From Camelus ferus (Eukaryota), in NCBI RefSeq assembly GCF_009834535.1, contig NC_045697.1, positions 40,364,001-40,428,000 of the forward strand: DNA of 64,000 nucleotides, in the 5' to 3' direction. The number at the start of each line of letters is the position of its first letter. Position 1 is the stretch's first letter. Under the pieces are notes generated by a model. The model was not told the origin of the DNA, did no database searches, and saw nothing but the letters and a program-made list of their open reading frames with translations. Positions 49,900 through 62,555 of the stretch are shown here, in pieces. A program made the translations under genes and the position numbers.

Positions 49900-51915
49900 G
49901 TATAGAAATTTGTATTATTTCAGATTAAGTTACTAGGTCCTACAAATTTAGAATTGCTGCATTTCCTGGTAGACTGGTCTTTTTCATTATTCTCAATCCC
50001 TAGTAATGATTTTCAGTTTAAAGTCTACTTTGTCTTTGTCTAATATTAGCATTGCTCTACCAACTTTCTTTCTGGATTAGGTTGGCATTGTATATATTTT
50101 TCAACCTTTGCTTCCAACATTTTGATATCTCTGTTTTTATCTATGCTTCTTGTAAGCCCATTACTTTTTTCCCCTCATTATTTGGTTTCTTTTTCTGCTA
50201 ATTGTTCTATATTCCACTTTTCCCCTCTTATCCATTTGCATTCTGTATGCCAAATTTTGTTGATACGTTCATGTACTGTCATTTGTCCTCTTCGATTTGT
50301 CTTTCCTTTCTCAATGAGGCTTGGGGAAAACTATACAAAGATTTTTGTCCTCTGTCTTACTTCAGACACTCGCATAGTCATTACATAGAACTTATTATTG
50401 TTCATTCTCAATATTTGGAGTTCCTTCATAAATCTTGTTTCATGAATCCCTCTTTGAGCATCACCCCTCTTGGATTTCCAGCTCATTTTCTCCAGTACCC
50501 CAATCGCAATAATCCTTCAACTCTGCCTTTACACTGGTCTTCCTTATATATCTCAAATCCCATGGTCCATCATTTTAATCAACATATTATATGTACTTGC
50601 CCTCTCTCACCTGGTTGAACTTGCTGTCTGAAACCCCAACTCTGATTAAATCTACCTACCCACCCTGGGTCTATTCAACTAAATGTGACAAGATAAAACC
50701 ACACTGATTGGTCTTGCTTTGTTGTCAATGATGAATTTCAAGGGGCCTGCGAACGCTGCTTCCCATTCATACTATGTCTCTCCAGTTCTTTCATTCTCTC
50801 TCTACTAGCTACTGCTTCATGTCTTCCTCTCCTTGATCCACATTCTCAGCTGATGACCTGCTTTGCTAATACACTCAGGAAAAATGAAGCACTCAGAAGA
50901 AAGCTGGCACAGACTTCCAGCCCAACCAGTAGCGTGCGTGCCCATGTACTTTTCCATTCCATGGGTCACTATAGGTAACCTGTCTGTACTCGGATCCAAG
51001 GTGCACAAGATCTGCTTGCTCTTGGCTGTTCAAGGCACCACTCCAGCAGTCCTCACCTGCCTCCTAGTTGAAAAATTCCCTCTCCCCTGGATTGTTCCTA
51101 ATAGCACAGAAGCATGCAGGTTTCCCCATACTACCTCAAAAAACCTCTCTCTGACCACATACTGATGACAGATAAATCAAATGCTTCTACTTGGGGAAAA
51201 ATATACTATTTTCAGCTCTTATATTGGCAAAAGTATAAAATCTGATTAAAGAATTTATATGGAGTATTGGGTAAGAGCCTGTGTTTGGAGCTGGACTATG
51301 TGGGTCTGAGTCCTACCACCAGATAAACTTTGAACACATTTTTTGACTTTTTGTCCTCCAGTTTCTTCATTTGTAAAATGGGAATCAGAATTATTCCTGT
51401 CTCATAGTGATGTTATTTTAAGGATTAAATGTGTAAATTTGGATAACAAGCTTAACAACAGTTCCTGGCACAAAGGAAGAACAGTTAACCATTAAAACAG
51501 CATTTAGGGGTCAAGGAGGCTGTGAGATCTTAGTTGGCCTCATCCGCATTGGTGGAAATCTAAAATTTTACAACTTCTGTGCAGGGCAATGTGGCAGAAT
51601 CATAAATGAACATGCCCTTTGACTGAGCAATTTCACTTACGTGAATTTATTTTACAGATTTGCTTGCACACATTTGGAATGACATGTGTACAAGTTTATC
51701 ATTGCATCAGATGCTTACTGATAGAATGCCAGTAAATAAGTTAGACCCACCCATTCCTTGAGAATTCACCTCTAACTTTCTGTACGCCGATAAGGAGATT
51801 TTCAAGATATACATTTTCAATAAAAAAGTGTAGGACAGAATAGTCTTGCCTAAGATGCTACTGTTTGTGTAAAAACTAAGGACAAAAAATAAAGTTTTGT
51901 GTATACTCACAAATG
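49900..51915. mobile_element. Run of old repeats: L1M (about 49900-50200), L2 (about 50380-51170), MIR (about 51270-51490), L1ME (about 51500-51915)
   Basis: Motifs AAAGTCTACTTTGTC; TCTCAGCTGATGACCT; CAGTTTCTTCATTTGTAAAATGGG; CATGCCCTTTGACTGAGCAATTTCAC. Confidence 0.6.
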
Positions 51916-51932
51916 CATAAAGAAGCTCTGGC

Positions 51933-52645
51933 AATGTCAAAAAACTAAAAACAGAACTACCACATGACCCAGCAATTCCACTTCTGCGTGGACATCTGAA
52001 AGAAACAAAAATGCTAGTTCACAAAGATACATGCACCCCAGTGTTCATAGCAGCACTGATTACAATTGCCAAGATATGGAAACAACCTAAGTGTCCATCA
52101 ACAGATGATTGGATAAAGAAGATGTGGTGTATTTATACAATGGAATACTGCTCAGCCATAAAAAAGAATGACAATTTTGCCATTTGCAACAACATTGATG
52201 GACTTGGAGGGTATTATGCTAAGTGAAATAAGTCAGACAGAAAAAGACAAATACCATATGATATCAAATGTATTAAATGTAGAATCTAAAAAATACAACA
52301 AACTGATGAATATAACAACAAAGAAACAAACACACAGACATAGAGAACAAACTAGTGGTCACCAGTGTGAGAAAAAGGAAGGAGAGAAGGGCAATATATA
52401 GGTTGGGGTTAAGAGGTACAAACTATTATGTATAAAATAAGCTCAAGGATCTATCGTACAATTTTAAAATAAGGACAAAAAATAAAGTTTTGTATATACT
52501 CACAAATCTATTGTACTATTTTATAATAACTATAAATGGAATAAAACCTTTAAAAATTGTGAATCATTATATTGTATGCCTGTAACGTACATAATATTGT
52601 ACATCAACTATACTTCAGTTTTTAAAAACTTTAAAAAAATTTTAA
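51933..52645 (+). mobile_element. 5'-truncated L1 (ORF2 C-terminus plus 3' UTR) with TSD
   Basis: ORF2 end CTPVFIAALITIAKIWKQPKCPSTDDWIKKMWCIYTMEYCSAIKK; TSD AAAGAAGCTCTG at 51919-51930 and 52646-52657. Confidence 0.9.
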
Positions 52646-54685
52646 AAAGAAGCTCTGACTTGTTTCTTTTGAATGATTTTCTGGCTGAGAAGGGGGAAAT
52701 GATTTCACATCAATATATTCACATCTGAAATTCCTTATACTTTAACTTTCCTGATGCACTCTATAAAGTGGCAACCCAATAAGGTGAGGATAAAAGCAGA
52801 GCACAGAGTTCCTAGGCCTCTTTGTCATATGCCAGCTACTTTGCTCACAGTGGAAATAAAACAGTGAGCTAGACAGGCACTGACTTGTGGAGCTTATATT
52901 CTAGTTATAGAGATAAAACCACTAATAAGAGAATTTAAATAAAATAGTTGACAATTATAGAAAGTGCATTGAAGGAAAGAATATGTCAATCAGCTCTTTG
53001 AATCTGACAGCCACTGTTGTCAAGCTCAGGTCAGATTGGTTTTGGTTTTGGTTTTGTTTTAGAAATACCGCCACAGTGGCCTTTAAAACTCTAGGCAGCA
53101 GCTGTCTTTATTTGGCAAACTTGGAAATGTATGTTCTATCCATTTGCCAACATTGGCTCTGTGGCTGGCCAAAGAATCAAGAGGAGGTTTGAGTAACCCA
53201 CAGTTTCTTTTCCACAGAATGCCACAAACTCAATGAGTTAGCTTTCTCTCCGTGGGAACTTATTTCTGACTTAAAAAAAAAAATCAAATCATGGTCTTTC
53301 TTACTGGCTAAAAAATATTACACCTAATAAAAGGAAAAGTTCGCAGGCCTTGCCTTAAAATCAAGAGCTAAATGTGTCTATGATCTTAGTTAGGCAATGT
53401 TAAATATATTTTCTTTTCCGTGGTTGGGCACTGGATTTTTTAGCCACAGTTTAATTATTTTTAAGGCATTGTGTACCTTCCTAGTATAAATTAGTGCAAT
53501 TACATTACATTGACCTACAGATTAGATCAGTAGCCTTCTTTCAAAAGCTGTTTGGATGTTAGGAAAAATTTTAGAAAAAGCACTCAAAGATATTTGAAGG
53601 TAACAATGTAAATATACTAAAGAATGCAAAGATGTAAATTCTAAGTTAATAAAGAATCCAAGTATTTTCTTTTGTTCAGTTAACTGTTAGGGAAGTTTGT
53701 AAATTTGTCTTCATTTGTATAGAATTCTTTCCCAATATCAAATAATGAAGGATATGTTACTTAGCATCTCTTACTGGTTCTAAGAAAAAATTTACGGAAT
53801 ACTAGAATATCAGTTCCCGTCTCCTTTCCATTCAAGTTTGTTTTTTTCAGAAGTAAAATAGCACAAATAACAACAGAAAGCATCTTGTATACCTTTTGTG
53901 CCCTCTTTTAATAAAGTAGATTCATTTCACTTTACTAGCACATGGTAACGTTGAAAGTCAAAAAGTTACCTACTGAAGTTTAGCATGAGAGCATTAAAAA
54001 TAGTGAGCTAAAGGATTTAAAAAAATAAGGTTATATTCTAATACTTGTATTATTCTCTTAACCGTCTTTCCTGCAGGCGTGTTCATTATGTACCCATACA
54101 ATTAACTAAAACACCATTAACTTAGTTTCACATTGTTGACAGTCACTGATACCCCCAGGCTCTGAAGCATAACTTCACAAGGGATACCCCCTTAATTCAT
54201 GTTCTCTAACTGTACTCTGATGGTCTTAAAACTATTGGTTTGTTTTTCTTTTATATACTTAGAGAAATTTATTTTTCATTAGGTTAGATAGAATGAGGAG
54301 TAAATCATTCTTGGTATAAGGAAAATCTAATCTAGCTTTTCTTTTTCCCTGAAATATTCTTCTTCCAACACATAACAAATATGTGGTGGTGCTTTTAATT
54401 CTGCTACATTGCATTCAAACCTCACCTCCTATATTAATGCTGGGAAACCTATAAAGAGCTCCTGGTGGCTCTTGGAAAAACAATGTATTAAAATATGACT
54501 GGAATAAAGTCTTATCTTGTGGACCTTGCAGGGCAGAAATAATGATTTTAACGTCGCACATTCAGTTAGTTGCAACTTGCAGTTTCAGTTAGTTTTGCCT
54601 CACAGGATTCCAATTAAATTCAGTTATGAAGGGGCGCCATTTCATATTAGGAAAATAGCAATGGACCGTCTTACCAGTTGAGATT

Positions 54686-55086
54686 TGTTTTAGTCAACTC
54701 AAGCTGCTGTAACAATATGCCGTAAATAAGGTGGCTTAAAACAATGGGAATTTATTTCTCACAGTTCTGGAGTCTAGAAGTCTACAGTCCAGGCGCCAGC
54801 AGGGTCAGTGTCTGGTGAGGGTTCTTTCCTTGGGTTGCAGATGGCTACCTTCTTGCCGTGTCCCCACATGGGGTTTCCTCAGGCACACAACTGGAGAGAG
54901 ACAGAAAGGAATTCAGCTCTCCAATGTCTCCTCTTAAAAGGGTGCTCAGGCCATCATGAGGACCCCAGCCTAATGACTTCATCTTAACCTAACTACCTGG
55001 CAAAGACTGCATCTCTGAATGCCATCACGTTGAGGATTGGGGCTTCAACATAAGAATTTTGAGGGTACATAATTCAGCCCCTAGCA
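54686..55086 (-). mobile_element. MaLR solo LTR (MLT1A-like)
   Basis: TG...CA termini, TTTATTTCTCACAGTTCTGGAG, GTGTCTGGTGAGGG and GGGCTTCAACATA; 5-bp TSD AGATT/AGACT. Confidence 0.85.
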
Positions 55087-56550
55087 AGACTTATGCAAAT
55101 AAGAATCATAACTATATGTGTATAAGTGTATTCCTTTTCTGGTAATACGATTAATTACACAACATATTTTCCATTATAACCTATACAGTTTAATCTGATC
55201 ATAAAATCCTCTAGGAGAGGTGAAGGGGAACCTTCTCTCATGTGTGTGGCATGAAGATTTTTTTAAAAAAATATTGATCTTCTCTTTCATATTTCCCCTC
55301 TTTTACTTCTGTTTGAAGAGCTAAATTCTTCTAAACTCCATTCCTTGCAGAAAGGAGCATATGAGTTTCTTCCTTACTTTGTTTTTCAAAAACCAAAACC
55401 CTAAGGAGAAAGCAGAGTGATCCTGGCATAGACAAAGGCAGACTTAAAGGCTAGTCCGCAAGCTGCATGGAGGGAAGAGAGCTGGAGTCTGATCAAGGAG
55501 GGTAAAGCTGTGGGTGGGGATCAGAGAGCTGAGTCTTGTTCTCACCTATTTAACAAGTCAGAGCCCCTGAGGCATGACAGGACCCTCAAGAGGCTTTGGA
55601 GCGACTGAGTGAGAAGATCTGTTTCCCACTCCCGGCGTAGAGCCCTGGGGAGTCAGAAAGAGTCCAGAAATTGGAGGTACCCGGGAGCAGAGGGTTTATG
55701 CTACCTCGTTTCCATGGTAGAGATCTGAGTAGGTGACAAGAGGACAGAGCAGCATGTTGAGTCAGGGTCCACTGAGCCGAAGAGAGACTCAGAGTCCTGT
55801 GCTGCAGGTCGTGATGGAAGCAGCAGAGTAATTCCTGTCTCTCAAGTGATGAGGAAGAAATCAGAAGAGCTGCTATACCTGAAGGGATCACGAGGACAGG
55901 ATAAGGGACTTGCTACTGCAGCTTGGTGGAGTGGTGACGGACACTAGAGAGAAGTGGCGTCAGAGGACAACTGTGTAGACAGATGATATTAAGGACCATG
56001 TGCCTCCCTGCAAGGAGGCTGGCACCACTCAAGCACCCCATTTAGACACAGATCTGGAGAAACTTCTAGGTCTCTGACTGACTGTGGTAAAGTGTGGGCC
56101 ACCCAGAGGGTTGGGGGCTCAAAATAGACATTGTAAAGGAAGAAAGTATGACGCATTAAGCCAGTAGGTCCATTTCTTTCCCTGGGCCTGTCTCTGCATT
56201 CCAAGAGGTATTGTCAGGCCACAAAAAACTCAGTTACAGCTTTCCCTCAGGGCAATGGATGCTGGGTCACCTCATGTTTACATAACTCTTTCCTCCCAAA
56301 GGACCACCAGACATTTTTACTTGGATGTCTCAAAGGCACCTAATACTCAATACATTCAAAATCACACTCATAATCTTCCCCTCAGCTCTCTTCAGTGAGT
56401 GGGAACTGTTCTCCATGACAGCCTCCTCTCTGTCATCATCCATCTTCAAGCCATCACTTCTCTCATTTCTCATTTTACCACTTGAGCGCAAGCTATGATC
56501 ATCTCTCCCTGAAGGGGTCTATCTGCATTCACTCGGTACTCACCTCATCA

Positions 56551-57017
56551 AGTAACGGAGCAGGACCCTGTGGGTCCTTCAGGGGACAGACCCTTCCCCC
56601 ATAACCTCTCCTGTAGCTCCTCTTTGATAACAGTATCTCATGCGAATTTCCTGAGTTTTTCAGATGCTAAAAACCACTACCAAAGGGAAGAAATTAACTA
56701 CTTGAGGATGGAGCCTACATAGTCCCCAGATCTTCTGGTGCCTAAGGGTTGATAGTGTTGACCACCTTGTCACCTCAACATCAACCAATCAGAGAATTAT
56801 GTACGAGATGAATCACGTACCTGTGACCCCTCTCCCTTATCTGGCCTTTAAATATGCTTTGCTGAAACCCTTTGAGGAGTTTAGGGTTTTCTTGGGCATG
56901 AGCCACCCTGTCCTCCTTGCTCGGCCCTGCAATAAACCTTTTTCTGGTCCAAACTCTGACGTTTCGGTTTGTTTGGCCTCATAGTGTGTTGGGCACACGA
57001 ACTTGTCTTTGGTAACA
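56551..57017 (+). mobile_element. ERV1 solo LTR (467 bp) inserted into an L2 fragment
   Basis: Termini (A)GTAAC...GGTAACA, perfect 4-bp TSD ATCA (56547-56550 and 57018-57021), with CCAAT, TTTAAAT and AATAAA (56931-56936) in LTR order. Confidence 0.85.
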
Positions 57018-57399
57018 ATCACTCGCTACACTGCAATCTGAATGATTTTCAAAATGAAACCCCAATCACGCTGTTCTTTACAGCTTACCCAACACCTCCC
57101 ACAGGTTCCATCGTGCCAAGTGATTAACATGGTGACCAGCTGGAGCTGGCTGCTGTGTTTTTATGTAACCTCCTTTTAAACCATGCTCTTCTCACTTTCT
57201 GCACCCCAGCTGCACTGGCTTCCTTTCCCTTCCTTAAATCCGAAAACTCCCAACTACCTTAGGGCCTCTGGGCATCCGCTTTTTCGATCTGGAATACTGT
57301 CTTCATATCTTCACTAGCCAATTTCTATTCACACCTCAGATCTCAGTTCCTTATACCTGACCCTGCCAGCCAGTTAAATATCCCATTATTGGTCTTGTT

Positions 57400-58410
57400 A
57401 CTGAGTCCAAACTCGTATGTGTATAACCAAATCACTGTGCCGTACACCAGAAATTAACACAATATTGCAAACTGACTATACTTCAATAAAAAAGAAATAA
57501 GATACAATAAAATAAAAACATATTCTAGTATTTGTTACTTGCTTGAATTCTAGATTCTGGAAACTGAGAAGAGACATAGTAAATATTTAGGAGAGAAAAT
57601 GATCAGGACTTGAGATATCAAGTTGGATCATAACAGATGAAATTTATGGAAGACTCAAACAATGGCTCCTATGATTTGGATTTGGATAGTGAGGTGGATG
57701 GCAATGCCACCCACTGAGAGAGAGAAGGCATGGTGTGAGCAGTAGAACAGCAGTGAGTGGAGGATGGCAAGCTGCCTCTGACATGTCCTTGGAGCATCCA
57801 GGTGGGGAAGTCCAGGTGGAGATGGATATAGAAATCTGAAATTTGGGGAAAGGCCATCTGCATATGGGTGGTCATTGAAACCATGAGACGATGAGACTCC
57901 TAAAAAAGTATTAAGTGTGGAATCTGTAATTCACCAAAAATGTAATTCCTCAGTAGCCTCTGAGGGTCCTTCAATATATAACATGAAGTCAAATAAGAGA
58001 AACCCACACAGAGAGAAAAAAAAGTCCAAGATTCTTTTTTGAATATCATTATGTTATTCTCGAAAGAAAAACAATTTAAAACACCCTAAGTAAATCTGAC
58101 TTAAATGCCACATAAATCTGAATTTTAAGGAGGTTGTGGGACAAAGGTGTCAAGCTTTTGCAAACATCTGCTGCACACTATAGTCTGCCAGTCTGGCAGC
58201 CAGTTGTACCATAATCTCTTGGGAAGCTTTTTTTTTTTTAAATGAAGTGTAGTTGATTTACTATGTTCTGTTAGTTTCTGGTCTATGGCATAGTGATTCA
58301 ATTATACATATATATATTCCTTTTCCTATTCTTTTCCTTTATAGGTTATTACAAGCTAATGAATATGGTTTCCTGTGCTATACAGTAGGACCTTGTTGTT
58401 TACCTATTTT
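57400..58410. mobile_element. L1 3' tip (+, about 57420-57520), L2 (-, about 57560-57900), L1 3' end (-, about 58228-58410)
   Basis: GTACACCAGAAATTAACACA...GACTATACTTCAATAAA; L2-type GGCAATGCCACCCACTGAG; TCCTGTGCTATACAGTAGGACCTTGTTG. Confidence 0.65.
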
Positions 58411-59610
58411 AAAGATAAACCTTTTAAGCTCCTTGCCTGTGTGTTTTGATTTAGAGGGTCTTTCATGAGGCTCGGGACTCAGTATTTTTAAAAGCTTCCT
58501 CAACCTCACATTCCATCAGCTTTGGAAACTTCTCCTTCCTGACACCTTCACCCCTTACCACCCCAAGTTGCACACTTTACTTTTTTTTTCTTACAGAAGA
58601 AAGTAAGGCTCAGTGTATTTCTTGAACTTGGAGATGTGTGGCCTGAAGACAGAAAGTGCCTTCCGTTTTTCTAGTTGTCACGAACTTTTGTGACTAAGAG
58701 AGACATAAAATTGCCAAGCTCAGAAACACCTGGAAATAAAAGAGGTGGTTATTATAAAAATAAGCACCTGTAGACAGTATTTATGTTATTGAAAAAATTA
58801 TGGTTTAGAGGAAAAATCCAAGCTATAATAAAATTAATTATTGTTCTGCAAGCCATCCTAAAGGAGGGTTTCCAATGAAAGGATTTGTTGTCACCATTCA
58901 GCTATGCACACGGCTGGCCGGTCCACTACCTGCTGCGGCTGCTCTTTGACCTGTGTCACGTGATAACATGGAGAGTTCCAAACAGTTTTACCCATCCGGG
59001 GTTCCACAGAACTCTGGTCTTCCTCAAGACGTTACCAGGTGGTCCGCGAAGTAAATATTTGTTGCTTAATTTTTAAAACTACTATTTACTCCATCTTTTT
59101 TGGAGTTTTACTGTAACTGTTAGCATATTAAAGGCCCTGAATAGTCCTACAATCAAGAACCTATTCATTTTGTTTATTCTGTTGGCTCCCAAATTTATTT
59201 GACCATAATTTACTTATAATATAAAACACAGTCTCAGAAATGGTGTTCCAGACAGTTTTATCATTCCAATGAGATCAAGAAAAAGAGTAAATTGGTGAGC
59301 ATCTGTGATCAAAGATGAGCAAAGCCTTAGGATATTTTGGAAAATAACATTTGATTGTTAATCTTGACAATACACAGTTTCTGGGTTAAGATAGAGTATG
59401 TAAAGCATATTAGTAATATAAATGACAATTCAAAGGAAATATTTTAGAAATATAAGGCAATCTACTAACTTGAAATATTTTAGCAATATTTGTCTCCTTA
59501 AAATTATCGGAATAATTTAAAATATTGTTACTTATTCACTGAAGTAATTCCTAGGGGTATTTTCTTATTGATACTAGTAGCTTATGTTTGCTTAAAAGTA
59601 TGAAGTTAGC

Positions 59611-59695
59611 GGGGAGGGTATAGCTCAGTGGTAGAGGGTGTGTTTAGCATGCATGGGGTAACTGGGTTCAATCCCCAGTATTTCCATTTTAAAAA
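59611..59695 (+). mobile_element. Short tRNA-derived camelid SINE
   Basis: GGGGAGGGTATAGCTCAGTGGTAGAG...GGGTTCAATCCCCAGTA with no CCTAATCACC tail. Confidence 0.8.
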
Positions 59696-59879
59696 TGAGG
59701 TCTGAGTCCCTAGACACAGCAGGATGGCTTAGCTGCCCGCTTTGCCGCAGCCCAGGACCTGCAGTTTCCCGTCGTCCTGCATGAGCGGCAGCGGAACCCT
59801 CAATCCTTCTCACCTGAACTCAGCAGGCTCCATATATTAGGGCCTGTCTTTCGCAGGCCCCACTTCTTTTACATCAATT

Positions 59880-60390
59880 TCTAATTAGTACTTTTTGGTT
59901 GCAAGTAAGTGAACTAAATCTAGCTACTTTAAGAAGAAAAGGAGAAATTTATTGGGAAGATATTAGGATGATTGATAAACCTCAAAGACAGCAATGAAAC
60001 TGGGCTTCAGGAACAAACCAAAACCAGGAACTCAACATTGTTAAAACTCTCTCCATCTCTCTTTTCTCCAATCTCTATAGATCGGCTTCATCGATATTTC
60101 TCTCTGCATGCCAGTTTTCCTTTTCCTAATCTACATTTCAAAAAAATAAAGTAGCCAGTGACAGCTTTGAGTTTGATAAGTTATAGGTCTAATCACCTAT
60201 CTTTTACTCTTGTAGCTCCTGATGAAGAGACAGATGGGCCCAACTAGGGTTACGTGACTCTCAGGAAACCCATCAGCTATGACCGAGGGTCACAGTACAG
60301 GAACGGGACAGTAATCATGTGACTTGAGAGAGGAGAATAGAGGGTGATTCTTAGAAAAGAGATGCTGAGTAGACAAAACAACATGTACCC
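59880..60390 (-). mobile_element. Old MaLR LTR (MLT1K/L-like)
   Basis: TTTTTGGTTGCAAGTAA...AAATTTATTGG start and GATGCTGAGTAGACAAAA end. Confidence 0.55.
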
Positions 60391-61339
60391 AGTGGTTGAG
60401 CTGTCATGTGACTTTGTAGCCAGTGTTGTCAGACATGCAGAGGAATATCACATAGATTCACCCTTCATTTAAGTGGTCCATTCAATAGTGCCATGGCTTG
60501 TTATAATGTGTTCAGAATAGTGGTAGCAGGCAGCCATGGTAATTCACAAATACTTATGTAATGAATTGAAAAATAAACAAATAGAGGTCTCTACCAATTC
60601 AATAGAAAAATTAGTTTTAAAGTACTCTAATCGGTGTACTTAAAAAAAAAGGATTTGAGGATTTGCTCAGAATTTCATTCAGCTCAGAAACCACAGATTT
60701 GAATTTGGAGTCCAACATCTGGGAAACAGGTCGACGTACTTCTCATCATGTTCATGGAATATAATGTGCTTGATGTCTTGCTCTGTCTGACTCAATCTAA
60801 CACATCTTTGCAGAGGGGGATCATGCTCAGTATTGACACAACTATTGTTTCTCTAAGAAAATTAGGGAGTTTATAGATGTCATAAGATGTATTTAAGAAC
60901 TCCCCTCACATACTGTTGTCCTTAGTATAAAAGGACAATTGCTATTTACTAACAAAAGATGTTGACAAATTCTTGCACCTGTAAATTCAGGAATCACCAT
61001 GGTGTCCCTGTACTTTCCATCCTTCTAAACTGCTCTAAGAATAAGCCTGAAATTTCCCACCTGTTATAGATGGACACTTGGTAAGGGAATTTATTCTCTT
61101 GTATGATGGTGATTTCTGGAATTCTCCTGTAGCTCAAGATGAAATTGCTGCTCCATCAGACTAGAATTCAGCTGGAGCTCTGGTACCTAGTGCCTAGATT
61201 TGACTCTATGGTCCTTGTCTAATGTGCAATGAATGCTCTCTATGGGATTACCTGCCATCAAGGAGAGACCTTTTAAAAGGAAAGAGGAATGGATAAATTC
61301 TACATAATTGTTCCTTGATTCTTTAATTATTCACTTTTA

Positions 61340-62020
61340 AAAAAAAAGTATTTAATTTGAAACAGTCTCAAATGTGCAGAAAAGTTACAAGAATGGTGCA
61401 GGAAAGACTGTTTTACCCTGAACCCTTTGAGAGTAAGTTGCCAAAATGCCCCATCACCCACCCCCAAATATTTTAGTGTATAATTGCTACTAACAGGGCT
61501 GCTCTCCTATATAACCACACTATACCATCAAGTCAGGATATTAACATTGATGTATCACTACTTCTAACCTTCAGACTCCATTCAAGTTTTGCAATCATCC
61601 TAGTAATGTCCTTTATGGAAAAATTATGTAGTCCAGAATCACATGGTACATTTAGACATCTTCAGGTCTGGACCAGTTCTTCAGTCTTTCCTTGACTTTA
61701 ATGACCTTGACACTTTTAAAGATTATTGAGCAGGTTATACACTGTAGAATATCCTTCGAAGTGGAGTCCGTCTGATGTTCCTTCAGGATTTGAGTTGGAT
61801 CATGCTTCTCTGGCAGCAATATCCTAGAAGTGATGCTGGGTTCTCATCACATGAATCAGGTGGTACATGGTTTTAATTTGTCTCATGACTGGTCATGTTA
61901 ATTTTACCACTAGATCCAGGTGGTTTGCCCGGCTTCTTCACTGTAAAATTACTCTCTTCCCCTTTGAAATTAATAAGTATTTTGTAAGATGGTATGTTGA
62001 AACCATGTAAATATAACACC
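61340..62020 (-). mobile_element. L1MC-like 3' fragment
   Basis: CAGAAAAGTTACAAGAAT...TTAACATTGAT...CCTTGACACTTTTAAAGA...CTTCACTGTAAAATTACT. Confidence 0.75.
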
Positions 62021-62109
62021 CCTCAACAAAATTTCAATTCATTCATTCATTCATTCATTTATATCAATATATTCATTTTCTTTTTCAGCTTCTTTAGGCA
62101 AATAAGTTA

Positions 62110-62555
62110 TTGCTTTCTGCGGCAACAGTGTCACCCCAGAACCCAGGACTCCTCTGATTCCTATGCAAGGCAAAGGCCCCTCTCTCCTGGGGGCCCTTTT
62201 GGGCTGCAGGAACATGCCCTTGCTTGGGAAAGCCACAAGAACCAGGGAGTTAATGTCTCCAAAGGCAGTCTTCAATCAGTGAAGGACGAAAACTCACAGA
62301 CCAGTCCCCAGCCTCCTCACTCCTTGGGCTGGACAACTCAGGGTTCTACACCGTTTCCCAGAGTTCTTCACAGGGGCTGAGCCCAGTTACCTCATCAGTG
62401 CATTGCTCGCTAGCGCACCCATTATTATTGGCTCTCTTCCTTCTGCTCTAAACTCCCCACCCTCCTGAGAACTTCTGCCTCCTGCTATCACCTGCGCTAT
62501 TTGTATTCAAATCCTTTTCTTAAGATCTGCTTCCGGGACACTTATCCTAAGACAC
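62110..62555 (+). mobile_element. Old ERVL-type LTR (LTR16-like)
   Basis: Ends CAAATCCTTTTCTTAAGATCTGCTTCCGGGACACTTATCCTAAGACA, the typical LTR16-type terminus. Confidence 0.55.

Noticed and set aside
47145..52401. ORFs 47145-47573, 52011-52226 and 52168-52401
   Set aside because: Degenerate or truncated L1 ORF2 remnants.
55400..56200. Purine/GC-richer block with ORFs 55586-55891 and 55989-56204; a similar block lies at 14770-15260
   Set aside because: No recognisable protein or exon structure; probably ancient LTR remnants that I cannot assign.
32811..59695. tRNA-like sequences at 32.8, 32.95, 33.9, 48.2 and 59.6 kb as tRNA genes
   Set aside because: Degenerate stems, A-rich tails and TSDs show they are SINEs.
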